From a virus: a DNA stretch of 64,000 nt. Position numbers and translations under genes: made by a program. Location of the stretch: the IMG/VR virus record IMGVR_UViG_3300021960_009431, one strand, 5' to 3'. Positions within the stretch are counted from its first letter, which is position 1; the number at the start of each line of letters is the position of its first letter. Shown piece after piece: positions 36,553 to 46,300 of the stretch. The notes under the pieces were generated by a model, which worked only from the letters and a program-made list of their open reading frames with translations, was not told the DNA's origin and made no database searches.

Positions 36553-37452
36553 ATGACAAGTTCATTCGCAGAGCTTAAATCAGCTCGAAAGACTTCACTC
36601 GAAGCACTTATTTCAGAAACTAATAAACTAAACAGTAATGAAGGTACTGCACGTTCAGTAGATGATCGCTGGTGGAAACCTGAAGTAGATAAAGCAGGTA
36701 ATGGCTATGCTGTTATTCGTTTTCTACCTGCACCTGAAGGTGAAGATATGCCTTGGGTGCGTATCTTTAATCATGGTTTTCAAGGACCAGGTGGTTGGTA
36801 TATTGAAGACTCTTTAACCACTCTTAATAAAAAAGATCCTGTATCTGAACATAATTCTATGCTTTGGAATTCAGGTATTGAATCTAATAAAGATGTTGTA
36901 CGTAAACAGAAACGTCGATTGAATTATTATGCTAACATTTATGTTGTAAAAGATCCTTCTAATCCAGCTAATGAAGGTAAAGTGTTTCTTTACAAGTTCG
37001 GAAAGAAAATCTTTGACAAGCTTAATGAAGCAATGAACCCTGAGTTTGAAGATGAGTCACCAATGAATCCTTTTGATCTATGGGAAGGTGCTAACTTTAA
37101 GCTTAAAATTCGTCAGGTAGAAGGGTATCGTAATTATGATAAGTCAGAGTTTGACTCATCATCCGCATTACTTGATGATGACGATACTATGGAAAAAGTA
37201 TGGAAGTCAGAAAACTCTCTACAAGAGTTTCTAGATCCTAAAAACTTTAAGTCATATGATGAGCTTAAAGCTAAACTAAATCGCGTACTTGGTCTTGATG
37301 GATCATCTGGTAGTACAACTAAAGCAGATGAAATTGAAATCGAAAGTGCTCCAGCTCAAAAAGCTGCTCCTGCACCTTCATTCACATCTAAGACTGATGA
37401 CGATGATGACGACAGTATGTCTTTCTTTGAAAAGTTAGCTGCTGACGACTAA
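36553..37452 (+). CDS. 32: Single-stranded DNA-binding protein gp32
   Basis: DKAGNGYAVIRFLPAP, GWYIE, YK.GKKIFDK, GANFKLK, NYDKSEF; acidic tail. Confidence 0.97.
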   Translation: MTSSFAELKSARKTSLEALISETNKLNSNEGTARSVDDRWWKPEVDKAGNGYAVIRFLPAPEGEDMPWVRIFNHGFQGPGGWYIEDSLTTLNKKDPVSEHNSMLWNSGIESNKDVVRKQKRRLNYYANIYVVKDPSNPANEGKVFLYKFGKKIFDKLNEAMNPEFEDESPMNPFDLWEGANFKLKIRQVEGYRNYDKSEFDSSSALLDDDDTMEKVWKSENSLQEFLDPKNFKSYDELKAKLNRVLGLDGSSGSTTKADEIEIESAPAQKAAPAPSFTSKTDDDDDDSMSFFEKLAADD

Positions 37453-37457
37453 AAAAT

Positions 37458-37545
37458 CCTATGTATGGAAGTGGCCCTCTAACATAGGTCGGTAAAAGCA
37501 CTGGTACCGGATAACCCAGTCGGTTGCTGCATACGTGAAATGCAG
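37458..37545 (+). ncRNA. Candidate structured RNA (3 hairpins) downstream of gene 32
   Basis: Stems CCTATGT/ACATAGG, ACTGG/CCAGT and CTGCAT/ATGCAG in a GC-richer intergenic stretch. Confidence 0.4.
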
Positions 37546-37549
37546 ATAG

Positions 37550-37580
37550 AAAGAGGGGCACCTAGGAAGGCCCCTCTTTT
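37550..37580. terminator. Bidirectional intrinsic terminator
   Basis: AAAGAGGGGC-N10-GCCCCTCTTTT between convergent gene 32 and the tape measure gene. Confidence 0.8.
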
Positions 37581-37583
37581 GAT

Positions 37584-40400
37584 TTATGCAAAACGACTCA
37601 TAGCAGCTGAAGTATAACTTGTATCAACTCTTACATTTCTAGCAGCTGCTGTTCTTGCTGCACCGCTACCTCTACCTGCAATCATTTGACTATTATCAAT
37701 ATTATTAACTACAGTAGTAACTGGTACGTTAATTTGATTTGACATCGTTGCTAAACTCATTGCTGAAGGTGTAACTGTTGGTTTATCTATGGTATCTAAA
37801 GAAGCAATAGCAGGTGCACTAGGTAATGAACCTATCTCAAATTCTCCAGCAGGTAGCGGGGCAGTTCTAAATACAGTACCTCCAAGAGTTACTCCACCGC
37901 CTCTTATCATATCATCCCTATAACCTATATTAGTTCCAGCTCCATAAGCACCAGTAGCTGCAGCTGTAAAGTCTTTCTGATCCCTAGATACTTTTGGTAA
38001 AACATTGATTGCAGCTTCAGCAATATCTGCTTGAGACTCAACACCCGGTCCTTCCAAAAACATTGGACTGGGCTGCCGTCCATTTGCTGATGTTCCAGTG
38101 ACTGCTTGAAATTGATTTTTAGCTACTAAAGCTCCTATAATACTGCCATCTGGGTGATCTTGATATTGAGTACGAGCACGGTTTAATATTGACCCCATAA
38201 TCATACCTTTTTCTACTGTATAATCACCGCCGGTTTGAGCTGAAGATTCAGCATAAACTGCTCTAACCAGATAATTTAATTCAACATCAGATACAGGTCG
38301 TCCTAGATATTGTTCTATAGCTTCACGAGGTGTGAGCTCTGCAGAAGGTATTACATCATCTTGAGGCGTAGCTTGAAGATAATCAGAAATTTCTGATTGT
38401 GGAACAAATGTATCATTAAATGTACCTATAGGGTATTGATCATAATTACCAGTCACTGGTAGATCACCACCACCATATATATAATCTGTATCAGAAATAG
38501 CATCAAGAGCATTGTATTCCATACCAGGTGCTACATTACCTTGCATCCCCGGCAGTCTACCCGATGAAACTTTACCAATTGGGTTACTTCCTGGAGCAAA
38601 TCCTAACTCTCTATTAACAGTAGCATCAATAGCTGGTTGCATATCTATTTGATCTTCAGCATCAAGTGCCCATAATAATAAAGATCTAACTATATAATCT
38701 CCACTAATATATCCAGCAATACCAGCAATTGCACCTGTTAGTGGAGCAAATGGACCACCTATTAATGCTCCAGCAGCTGCAGCTAACACACTTACTGTTA
38801 GTCCGGCAAATTCTCCTGACACCATTGCCACTTTTTGAGTAGTACTAAGCGTATCATCTGTTAAAATATAATATGTAGAACCAGCAGCAAATGCAACACT
38901 CAATCCAGGCACTTTACCTAACAGTTTATTTAATTTTGGGTATTTCGAAAGAGCACTTCTCTTAGCATCATCTATTGAAGCAAACGTGCCAGGTTTTTGT
39001 CCACCTGCTCCTGTTGCACCGGGTGCTACTCTATATCTTTGCATTTTTTTATCAAAGACATATCCAGATTGCCTTAACGGTGTTTTTGCAGCGCTTAGAG
39101 CTAAAGCAGCTGCAGTACCCACAGCAGCACTATCCATCAATTTATTAAATTCACCTTCTATAGATTCATCTAAATTTTCATCAATATTAGTATCAGATTC
39201 ATCTTCATTAAATAAATCTGCTATACCTAATCTATTGAATGTATAAGCTGCTATTGCAGTTGCAGCGGTTGCAATAAGAAGACCTTTACTTCTACCTAAC
39301 AATCTAGGTTTTAAAGCTTTAGCTCCTTTTGGAGCTTTTTCTTTACCAGCATTTGCTGCTCCAGCTGCTAAAGCTAAAGGTGTTAAAGCAACTGTACCCA
39401 TTGCTAATGCACTTGCAATCAATGCTCCATATTCTGATAAGGTTTCACTTTCTAAGAAATCAAATAGTTCATCTTCATTGTCAGGTTCAAAGAAATCATC
39501 TAATCCAAAATAATTAAATGCAAAGTAAGCCATTGCACCTGCTAATGGTATTATTAATTTTCCCTTTACACCTTTTGCTCCAAATAAAGATGTAGCTAAT
39601 CTTGCTCCTAAGAAAAGGCTTGTTGCAGTACCTGCATTTACTAAACCTTCACCGGTTATTTCTACTCCAGTTTTTTCTTTAAATATTTTAAAAAATTCAG
39701 TTTCGAAATCAGTTTCTAAAGTTTTAATTCCTTCATCAATTGCATCCGCTACATCTTGATTAGCTTCAGGATTAAAGAATGCATTTAGTCCTAGATAGCC
39801 TAGCATAAAGGTTGCCATAGCGAGAGGAATTGTTTTAAACTTAGCCCCTCCCATTAAGAATGCAACTAAACCAGCTCCTGCAGCGGCGGATGCTACAGGA
39901 TTATTTTGTATAGCGCCTGCTAAACCACCATTACCATCTTCTCCAAAGATTAATGAATCGAATTTATCTCCGGCACTTTTCTTAAATTCATCATATGCCT
40001 CATCACCAGCTAACTCATCTTTAAAATCATCTAATCCAAAATATCTATAAGCTGCTGTCCCAAGTATACCTAATAAACCAGCAGTAATAAGACCTCTTAA
40101 TAGACCACCTCTTGCTGTTGTATCTAGAGAACCAATAGCAGCAGGTCCCGTTTCACTTTCCATTCTAGCTGAAGCTTGTTGTAAACGGTCTTCTTCTCTT
40201 TGTTGTTCAGTTAATCTTAATTCTTCGTCTTCTTTTGCTAAACTATCTACGCGCATTTGTTCAGCGAGAGTATCTGATTGAACAGTAAGAATATCTACGA
40301 CACTTTCTAAGCGCGTATTAGATTGTATAAGAGTACTTCTTATATCTTCGAGTAATGTGGAATTATTTTCCAAATACTCTCTTACTGCGACGTCAGCCAT
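37584..40400 (-). CDS. Tape measure/baseplate hub (gp29-like) protein with SleB-like muralytic domain
   Basis: 938 aa; N-terminal coiled coil, Ala/Gly-rich hydrophobic repeats; LVRAVYAES..ILNR..NQFQAV near the C-terminus; downstream of 26/51. Confidence 0.75.
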   Translation of the reverse strand: MADVAVREYLENNSTLLEDIRSTLIQSNTRLESVVDILTVQSDTLAEQMRVDSLAKEDEELRLTEQQREEDRLQQASARMESETGPAAIGSLDTTARGGLLRGLITAGLLGILGTAAYRYFGLDDFKDELAGDEAYDEFKKSAGDKFDSLIFGEDGNGGLAGAIQNNPVASAAAGAGLVAFLMGGAKFKTIPLAMATFMLGYLGLNAFFNPEANQDVADAIDEGIKTLETDFETEFFKIFKEKTGVEITGEGLVNAGTATSLFLGARLATSLFGAKGVKGKLIIPLAGAMAYFAFNYFGLDDFFEPDNEDELFDFLESETLSEYGALIASALAMGTVALTPLALAAGAANAGKEKAPKGAKALKPRLLGRSKGLLIATAATAIAAYTFNRLGIADLFNEDESDTNIDENLDESIEGEFNKLMDSAAVGTAAALALSAAKTPLRQSGYVFDKKMQRYRVAPGATGAGGQKPGTFASIDDAKRSALSKYPKLNKLLGKVPGLSVAFAAGSTYYILTDDTLSTTQKVAMVSGEFAGLTVSVLAAAAGALIGGPFAPLTGAIAGIAGYISGDYIVRSLLLWALDAEDQIDMQPAIDATVNRELGFAPGSNPIGKVSSGRLPGMQGNVAPGMEYNALDAISDTDYIYGGGDLPVTGNYDQYPIGTFNDTFVPQSEISDYLQATPQDDVIPSAELTPREAIEQYLGRPVSDVELNYLVRAVYAESSAQTGGDYTVEKGMIMGSILNRARTQYQDHPDGSIIGALVAKNQFQAVTGTSANGRQPSPMFLEGPGVESQADIAEAAINVLPKVSRDQKDFTAAATGAYGAGTNIGYRDDMIRGGGVTLGGTVFRTAPLPAGEFEIGSLPSAPAIASLDTIDKPTVTPSAMSLATMSNQINVPVTTVVNNIDNSQMIAGRGSGAARTAAARNVRVDTSYTSAAMSRFA

Positions 40401-40542
40401 TTTGCTCTCTCTGTTTCTCTATTTTTTCTAGATAGGTTTTTAACATATCAATATAAACATCACGCTCAAAAGGTATCATATTTTCTATTTCTTCTAACGA
40501 ATATTTATGATGTTGCATCAAATTAAAATTCGTATAGTACAT
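40393..40542 (-). CDS. 51: Baseplate hub assembly protein gp51-like (probably made as a -1 frameshift extension of gp26)
   Basis: YYTNFNLMQHHKYSLEEIENMIPFERDVY; no SD before its ATG. Confidence 0.8.
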   Translation of the reverse strand: MYYTNFNLMQHHKYSLEEIENMIPFERDVYIDMLKTYLEKIEKQREQNG

Positions 40543-40545
40543 GTT

Positions 40546-40581
40546 CGCTAAGCTGTTATGGCTTAGCGCTACATAAAAAAA
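40546..40581 (-). promoter_or_regulatory. Programmed -1 ribosomal frameshift signal
   Basis: mRNA U UUU UUU (40581-40575), 6-nt spacer, perfect 8-bp hairpin CGCUAAGC-CAUAACA-GCUUAGCG; the -1 frame is gp51. Confidence 0.7.
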
Positions 40582-41285
40582 CTGTTCAGACCACGTAAAG
40601 GTATGAACTCCTCCTTCCCACACTCTGCACATGTATAGGTAATGTTATGACCAATGTAAGGCATAGTTTTATAAAAGTCAGCTAATTTATTAAATTGTTT
40701 GCTATTTAACTGCTCAACAAATTCCATTAATTCTTCTTTAGTACTATTTTCATGTACATCATCATTGTCAAAAATTATTGAAATATTTTCAGCAAAAAAA
40801 CGTAAAATATTTTCAACGTTACTATCACTAAGTTTTTCCTGGGCTTTGTTTAAACCTGTAATAGTTGGGTATTTCATTACTACACCTACATCATCTGTAA
40901 GCATAATTTTATTATCGTGCTCTTCAGGAAATATAACTTCTACTTCTTCTAAATTTAATTCATATTCAGTAGTATGTTTACATTCACTTTCACCAGGATG
41001 GCGTAAAGAAAGCTTTACAAGATTATTTACTGATCTTGCTCTAATTTGTAAAAACAAATATTCAATATCAAAATTAGGAAGATTAACAATTCTTTTTTCA
41101 TCTAACTTAACACAGCTAGTTAAAATATTAACTACTGCGTTAGTTATTTCTTCTTGATCATTTCCTTCTAATGCCATTAAAAGAAGCTTTTCTTCTTTCA
41201 CAAGGAAAGGTCTAAAATACACTTCTTCTTTTGTAGACGGTATAATCGCTTTAAATTCAGGCACTGCGATTTTTGGTAAAGCCAT
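40569..41285 (-). CDS. 26: Baseplate hub assembly protein gp26
   Basis: MALPK, FRPFLVKEEK.LL.A, FDIEYLFLQIRARSV, KYP, CAEC..GLNSFF. Confidence 0.92.
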   Translation of the reverse strand: MALPKIAVPEFKAIIPSTKEEVYFRPFLVKEEKLLLMALEGNDQEEITNAVVNILTSCVKLDEKRIVNLPNFDIEYLFLQIRARSVNNLVKLSLRHPGESECKHTTEYELNLEEVEVIFPEEHDNKIMLTDDVGVVMKYPTITGLNKAQEKLSDSNVENILRFFAENISIIFDNDDVHENSTKEELMEFVEQLNSKQFNKLADFYKTMPYIGHNITYTCAECGKEEFIPLRGLNSFFM

Positions 41286-41302
41286 ATTCACTCCATATTA
41301 TA

Positions 41303-42040
41303 TTAAGTAATAGTAAAACCATTAGTATTAAAAGTTGAAATTCCAGTTAATGTTGTAAAGTCAGGAAGTCCTACATCTCCTAAAAAGTCATCAAATATAT
41401 CTGTAACACCAGATATACCTAAACCACTTCTTGCACCTCCACCCTGTGCACCTCTGCCAAGTGAAGGTTCATTCATATCAGTAAAGTACTTGTAAGAAAA
41501 TTGCACATTAAGTTTATGAAACTCTTCACTGTTCCAATTTAGTGGAAGCGAGTTAATAATGATAGGATATGCTTCTCTTAAAGTTATAGCATATGTAGGT
41601 GTACCTTCCTGATTGTATTGAATAATTAAAACATCAGAAATATAATCACTATAATATCCTATACTTTGATGTCTTCTAATATTTTGTTGTCTATTATGAT
41701 TTCCTACAACTATATTTTGCCAAGAAGTAAATAATTTTTTCTCATTTAAATTGGCATCACAAATCATTGAAATATTTACATCTGGGTAAACTACACCATA
41801 CCCTCTCTTTTCAGACAATCCATAACCAGTCGATTTATAATCTGATGACACAATTGATCTACCAGGAAACTCTGCTGAATCGATTCTAAACCTTAAAGGA
41901 TTCAAAGCTGATTTTGCATCATCAGAAAGTAAAGTTTTGCGCGGCAATGATAACCACATTTCAAAATGACTTTGCTTTGATACTTTATTACTATTTTCAC
42001 CTGTAATATTTGATCTGAATGTATTTACATTGAAAGGCAT
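41303..42040 (-). CDS. 54: Baseplate-tail tube initiator gp54 / tube-like protein
   Basis: AEFPGRS, F..WQ, YY.DY, L.EAYP, L.V.F.Y. Confidence 0.75.
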   Translation of the reverse strand: MPFNVNTFRSNITGENSNKVSKQSHFEMWLSLPRKTLLSDDAKSALNPLRFRIDSAEFPGRSIVSSDYKSTGYGLSEKRGYGVVYPDVNISMICDANLNEKKLFTSWQNIVVGNHNRQQNIRRHQSIGYYSDYISDVLIIQYNQEGTPTYAITLREAYPIIINSLPLNWNSEEFHKLNVQFSYKYFTDMNEPSLGRGAQGGGARSGLGISGVTDIFDDFLGDVGLPDFTTLTGISTFNTNGFTIT

Positions 42041-42630
42041 TATACAACCATCTCCATACTTCTGTTATAGACTTGAGAACTGCTTGCTTTTTGAAATCTC
42101 TGCAAGGGCATAAACAATGCCATATCCCATTCTACGGGATCTATTTTTATTCTTCTTGATTTAATATGAGAGTTTAAATAATGTTTTACACAAGGTTTAA
42201 ATAATTTATATCTAGCTGATCTTTTTAATAATTGATAGCTCAGTTTTAATGTTGTAGATTCATCATAACGTTTATCTGTAGTTAAAGAATATAAAGCATC
42301 CATTAACATTGCTCTTTGTCGTAACGGTAGATAATGTAGGTTGAGCCCTAAGAAGCCACGTTCTCTCGGTTCAATTGGGAAAACTAGAGGAAAGGTATCA
42401 TAGTATGGAAGTTTACGTTTAAACTTAGGGTCATATTGAAATAGCATCATAGATCCTATCTCGTAACCTCTAACTACCTTAGATTGATTTTCTCTCATAA
42501 GCTTAGAAGGTGTCACATCTACTTTTTCTGCCTCTTTACGAAACCAACGTCGTGCAGCTTGAGTACGTGCAGGTACATGTCCTGCTCGAACACCTTTAGT
42601 TATTATATTATCAAATACGTAAGATACCAC
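42040..42630 (-). CDS. 2: DNA end protector gp2
   Basis: YDPK.K.KLPYYD.FPLV, GLNLHYL, PCVKHYL..H, W..A.F.P...F.K; late promoter GATAAATA at 42662-42655. Confidence 0.93.
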   Translation of the reverse strand: MVSYVFDNIITKGVRAGHVPARTQAARRWFRKEAEKVDVTPSKLMRENQSKVVRGYEIGSMMLFQYDPKFKRKLPYYDTFPLVFPIEPRERGFLGLNLHYLPLRQRAMLMDALYSLTTDKRYDESTTLKLSYQLLKRSARYKLFKPCVKHYLNSHIKSRRIKIDPVEWDMALFMPLQRFQKASSSQVYNRSMEMVV

Positions 42631-42662
42631 TTTATATTCCTATAGTCTTTTAGTTATTTATC

Positions 42663-43103
42663 TTACTTTCGACCAAGTTCATTCTCAGTTATGATTTGAA
42701 ATTTCCATTTACGATCTTTACAAAACTCTTGAGCAGCTTTCCACTTTGCCTCATTAACTAAATAGGTAGTAACTTCATTAAGAAATCTTCTAGTTTTTCT
42801 TTTTGGAATTTTAGGTTCTTGAGTTTGTTTGAAAGGTTTGACTTCAATTAATGTAGTTTGTACACCGTTATTAGTTTTTGCTTTAATAACAAAGTCTACA
42901 AAATATCTATGTATGCGTCTATCAAGAGGTGATCTATATGGTATTACTATCTCTTCTGATCCCCACTCAAGTATATTAGGATTGTTGTCAAAGTAAACCA
43001 TACACTGTCTTTCCCAGGAACTGCGATAAACAATGTTGGTTGGATCGCCTAAATACTTACTAGGAAACTTAGGTTTATATTTACCTTTATAGGTTTTAGT
43101 CAT
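42663..43103 (-). CDS. 4: Head completion nuclease gp4
   Basis: KY.GDPTNIVYRSSWE, W.SEE, HRYFVDF, IEVKP, N.AKW.AA. Confidence 0.95.
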   Translation of the reverse strand: MTKTYKGKYKPKFPSKYLGDPTNIVYRSSWERQCMVYFDNNPNILEWGSEEIVIPYRSPLDRRIHRYFVDFVIKAKTNNGVQTTLIEVKPFKQTQEPKIPKRKTRRFLNEVTTYLVNEAKWKAAQEFCKDRKWKFQIITENELGRK

Positions 43104-43114
43104 AGGAATAACAA

Positions 43115-44128
43115 ATGATTGCAGGTATTGATTTATCGGGAATTACGTCTGGTGGTGGTCCACTTATCAAATTAGATTTAGGTGGCGGTGGTACTTACAA
43201 TGTCAGAAAGTTTCCTGATGACATTGCAGATACACCATACTTCATTGTATTTAGGGCTATTAGCACATCGTTTAGTCCAGCTTCTTTTCTTGGTAAAAAT
43301 GTTTTTAAAAAAGCAAAACCAATCGGTAACAGTTTAGGTTTTAATATTGGTAAAGTTGGTATAAATGTAGGTCTGCCTAGTGCATCTAAAGGCTGGGCTT
43401 TACCTATTCCATCTAACTTAGCAACAAGTTATAATGCAAGATATTCAAATGAGTCATTAGGTGCAGTAGGTAATCTAGGACAAAGATTAGGAAGATCAGG
43501 AAGTATGCCTGAGGACTTTAGTGCTGAATCAATTGAACAGTCAGTTAAAGATGCAATTGATGGCGCAGGTCTTTCTGCGGAAGATGCAAAAGGTGTAGCT
43601 GCTAGTACAGGAATACAAGCGGTACAAAGTGGCGCAGCTGCAGCTGGTATTGCAACTAAAATATTAGGTGGAGGTAACATTTCAGCTCTTGGTGCTGCAG
43701 GTGTTACAAGCGCTTTAACTGGTTTACTTCAAGGTGCAGGTATAGCAAGAAACCCTCATCTAGCAACAGTGTTTACTGGTGTTGATTTTAAAACTCATAC
43801 TTTTCAATACAAACTTATTGCAAAAAATAAGAAAGAAAGTGATACTTTAAGAGATATGATTTTCTCTTTTAAGAAAGCTATGGCACCTAAGTATACTTTA
43901 GGCGATCATGTATTTCAGTATCCAGATCAATTTGATATTTCTCTTGCTGCTGGTCAATACTTATTTAAATTTGGTAGATCAGTTTTAACTCAATTTGATG
44001 TAAACTACACCGGTGAAGGTACTCCAGCATTTTTTGAAGAGACAGGCGCACCTTATAGTATAACATTAAATATGTCATTTCAAGAAACAGAAATTGTTAC
44101 TAAACGAGAAATTAATCAGGGTCGATAA
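43115..44128 (+). CDS. 48: Baseplate tail-tube cap gp48
   Basis: LPIP, NP....F.GV.F.T..F.YKL..KN..ES, YP..F, L....VNY, L..SFQE; CTAAATA at 43049. Confidence 0.82.
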   Translation: MIAGIDLSGITSGGGPLIKLDLGGGGTYNVRKFPDDIADTPYFIVFRAISTSFSPASFLGKNVFKKAKPIGNSLGFNIGKVGINVGLPSASKGWALPIPSNLATSYNARYSNESLGAVGNLGQRLGRSGSMPEDFSAESIEQSVKDAIDGAGLSAEDAKGVAASTGIQAVQSGAAAAGIATKILGGGNISALGAAGVTSALTGLLQGAGIARNPHLATVFTGVDFKTHTFQYKLIAKNKKESDTLRDMIFSFKKAMAPKYTLGDHVFQYPDQFDISLAAGQYLFKFGRSVLTQFDVNYTGEGTPAFFEETGAPYSITLNMSFQETEIVTKREINQGR

Positions 44129-44698
44129 ATGCCATTCTATTTCGAAAATTTTCCAAAAGTATCTTATGATATAGATAAAACTGGTAATAAAATTGACGTA
44201 ACAAATTTATTTGTTAGGTATAAAATAGTAGATGCTTTTAAAAAGCAACCGGCTGTATATTATGACTATAACATAAAAGATGGAGAGCGTCCAGATGTAA
44301 TCGCTGCAAAATATTATGAAGATGCTTCACTAGACTGGATAATTTTACTAGCTAATAATATTATTGATCCACAATTTGAATGGCCATTAGATAGAAAATC
44401 ATTTGAAAATTATGTAAAAAAGAAATATGGAAGTATAGCTACTGCTAAAGAGCAAACACATCACTACGAGCAAATTACTCAACAACAATCAGTGTTATTT
44501 GATGGTACTATTGTGCCAGAAGAATTTCATGAAATAGATTTAACTACATATGACACTCTTGCTGCTGGAGATAAAAGAATTGTTACTTCGTATGAATATG
44601 AAGATAGAGTTAATGAAGCAAAAAGAAATATAAAATTATTAAGTGAAGACTATGTGTTAATGTTACTAACACAGATAAGAGAGAGTCTTGAAGAATGA
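44129..44698 (+). CDS. 53: Baseplate wedge gp53
   Basis: YF..FP, GERPD.IA..YY...WIILLAN.I.DP..EWP, YEYE...NE.KR.I. Confidence 0.92.
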   Translation: MPFYFENFPKVSYDIDKTGNKIDVTNLFVRYKIVDAFKKQPAVYYDYNIKDGERPDVIAAKYYEDASLDWIILLANNIIDPQFEWPLDRKSFENYVKKKYGSIATAKEQTHHYEQITQQQSVLFDGTIVPEEFHEIDLTTYDTLAAGDKRIVTSYEYEDRVNEAKRNIKLLSEDYVLMLLTQIRESLEE

Positions 44699-46293
44699 TT
44701 GGTAATGCAGGTACCCCGTATAGCGGTGGTATAGTACCTAATGTAACTATTATTGCGGACAACGGTAGCAAGACTGTTACTAAAGATATTACACCGTTAG
44801 TTTTAGAATTTAATATTAATCAAAGTATATTTGAAAATTCTATGACTTGTGATATTTCTTTACTTGACGCTGCTGGTACAATTTTTGAAGAACTACAAAT
44901 GTCTGGTCAAGAAATCGTTCGGATAAGCTTATCATCAGGGGGTGGTGGGAAAGCTTATGTATTTAGAATTTATAAAATAAATAAGCCGCAACCATTACAG
45001 GAAAGATCTTACGCTCTAACTTTATATGGTGTTAGTCCTTCGTTTGAAAAAAGTATTAACTCTGCTATATTTAATTACTATACTAATTTAACAGGTGATC
45101 AAATTGTAACTGAAGTAATGAATGAACACATTACTGCAGATTCTAAATTAATTGTAGAGCCAGGTGAAAATGTTCTAACTTATACTGCAGCTGGACACTC
45201 TCCGTTTGAATTCATTAATATGGTAGCAAGGGATACTCAATCAGCACAGTATCCAGATTCTTCTTCTTATCTATTTTTTGAAAATGCTGATGGATATAAT
45301 TTTGTTACAGTAAATTCTTTATTAGATAAAGACCCAGTAGCTGAATTTTACTTTGCTGACCCTGAGACTTCTCAAAGCAACGGTAAAAATTATATTGCTG
45401 GTATCACTTGGCATCATACTGCAGATGCTTTGAAAGGCTTACAAAACGGGTTATATGATAATACAGTAGCTGCTATTGATCCAATAACTAAAACATACAG
45501 AGAGTATACATTTAATTATGCTCAAGAAAATGATAAATTAACTCATATTAAAAGAAGTGGGCGACCATTAGTTAAACCCAAAGCTTTCGGTGGTGCATAT
45601 ATGGGTGACGCTCTTACAGGAGAATCTCATGTTAGGTTTATTGAAACTGATTTTAATACAGAAATTGAAAATCAATCCATTGATGATAGAATAAGTGAAA
45701 CAGTAGATCCTCATAAGTTTCATTCTAGAGTTATTCATAATTATTTACCAGCTCAAGTTGCGCAAATGGCCTCGCTACAACAACATCGCATGGATATAAC
45801 AGCTACCTATGTGCCTAGTATTACAGCTGGTGATCTTATTAATATATTCTTACCTAATAACACAGGTTCAGATAGTAGATATGCCCCCTATTTTTCAATG
45901 TATGGTCAACGCAGCCCTACATTTTTAGTTTTAGAAAATATAATAACTTTTGAAGCTCAGAATGGTAATATATATTCTACACTTAAAACAGCTAAGGAGT
46001 CGTTAGGTGAAAGACTTGCTGGTCCAGGGCCTGCAGGGCTAATAGAAAATTTATTAAGCTCATTGTTCGGTCAAGATAAAAACTCTACACCAAATGCATC
46101 TGGTGAAACTAGAACAGAAAATCAAACTCAAACATATGAAGAAGCAGGTGAGTCTGTTGAGGGGCAGTTATTGACTGATGAAGACGGTAATAAAGGATTA
46201 TCTTATTCTACATTAACGCCTTTAGAAAAACAATATGCATTAGAAAAAGAGTATGCTGATGCTGATACTTACCCAGATGATACATTCGAATAG
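44695..46293 (+). CDS. Baseplate hub protein (gp27-like)
   Basis: SIFE, G.E, PF..I, YLFFEN..G.NF; lies between genes 53 and 5. Confidence 0.65.
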   Translation: MIGNAGTPYSGGIVPNVTIIADNGSKTVTKDITPLVLEFNINQSIFENSMTCDISLLDAAGTIFEELQMSGQEIVRISLSSGGGGKAYVFRIYKINKPQPLQERSYALTLYGVSPSFEKSINSAIFNYYTNLTGDQIVTEVMNEHITADSKLIVEPGENVLTYTAAGHSPFEFINMVARDTQSAQYPDSSSYLFFENADGYNFVTVNSLLDKDPVAEFYFADPETSQSNGKNYIAGITWHHTADALKGLQNGLYDNTVAAIDPITKTYREYTFNYAQENDKLTHIKRSGRPLVKPKAFGGAYMGDALTGESHVRFIETDFNTEIENQSIDDRISETVDPHKFHSRVIHNYLPAQVAQMASLQQHRMDITATYVPSITAGDLINIFLPNNTGSDSRYAPYFSMYGQRSPTFLVLENIITFEAQNGNIYSTLKTAKESLGERLAGPGPAGLIENLLSSLFGQDKNSTPNASGETRTENQTQTYEEAGESVEGQLLTDEDGNKGLSYSTLTPLEKQYALEKEYADADTYPDDTFE

Positions 46294-46300
46294 GTGATAA

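Noticed and set aside
37442-37545. Hammerhead ribozyme (CTGACGA ... GAAA)
   Set aside because: CTGACGA is simply the Ala-Asp-Asp codons ending gp32; stems II/III and the cleavage triplet cannot be built.
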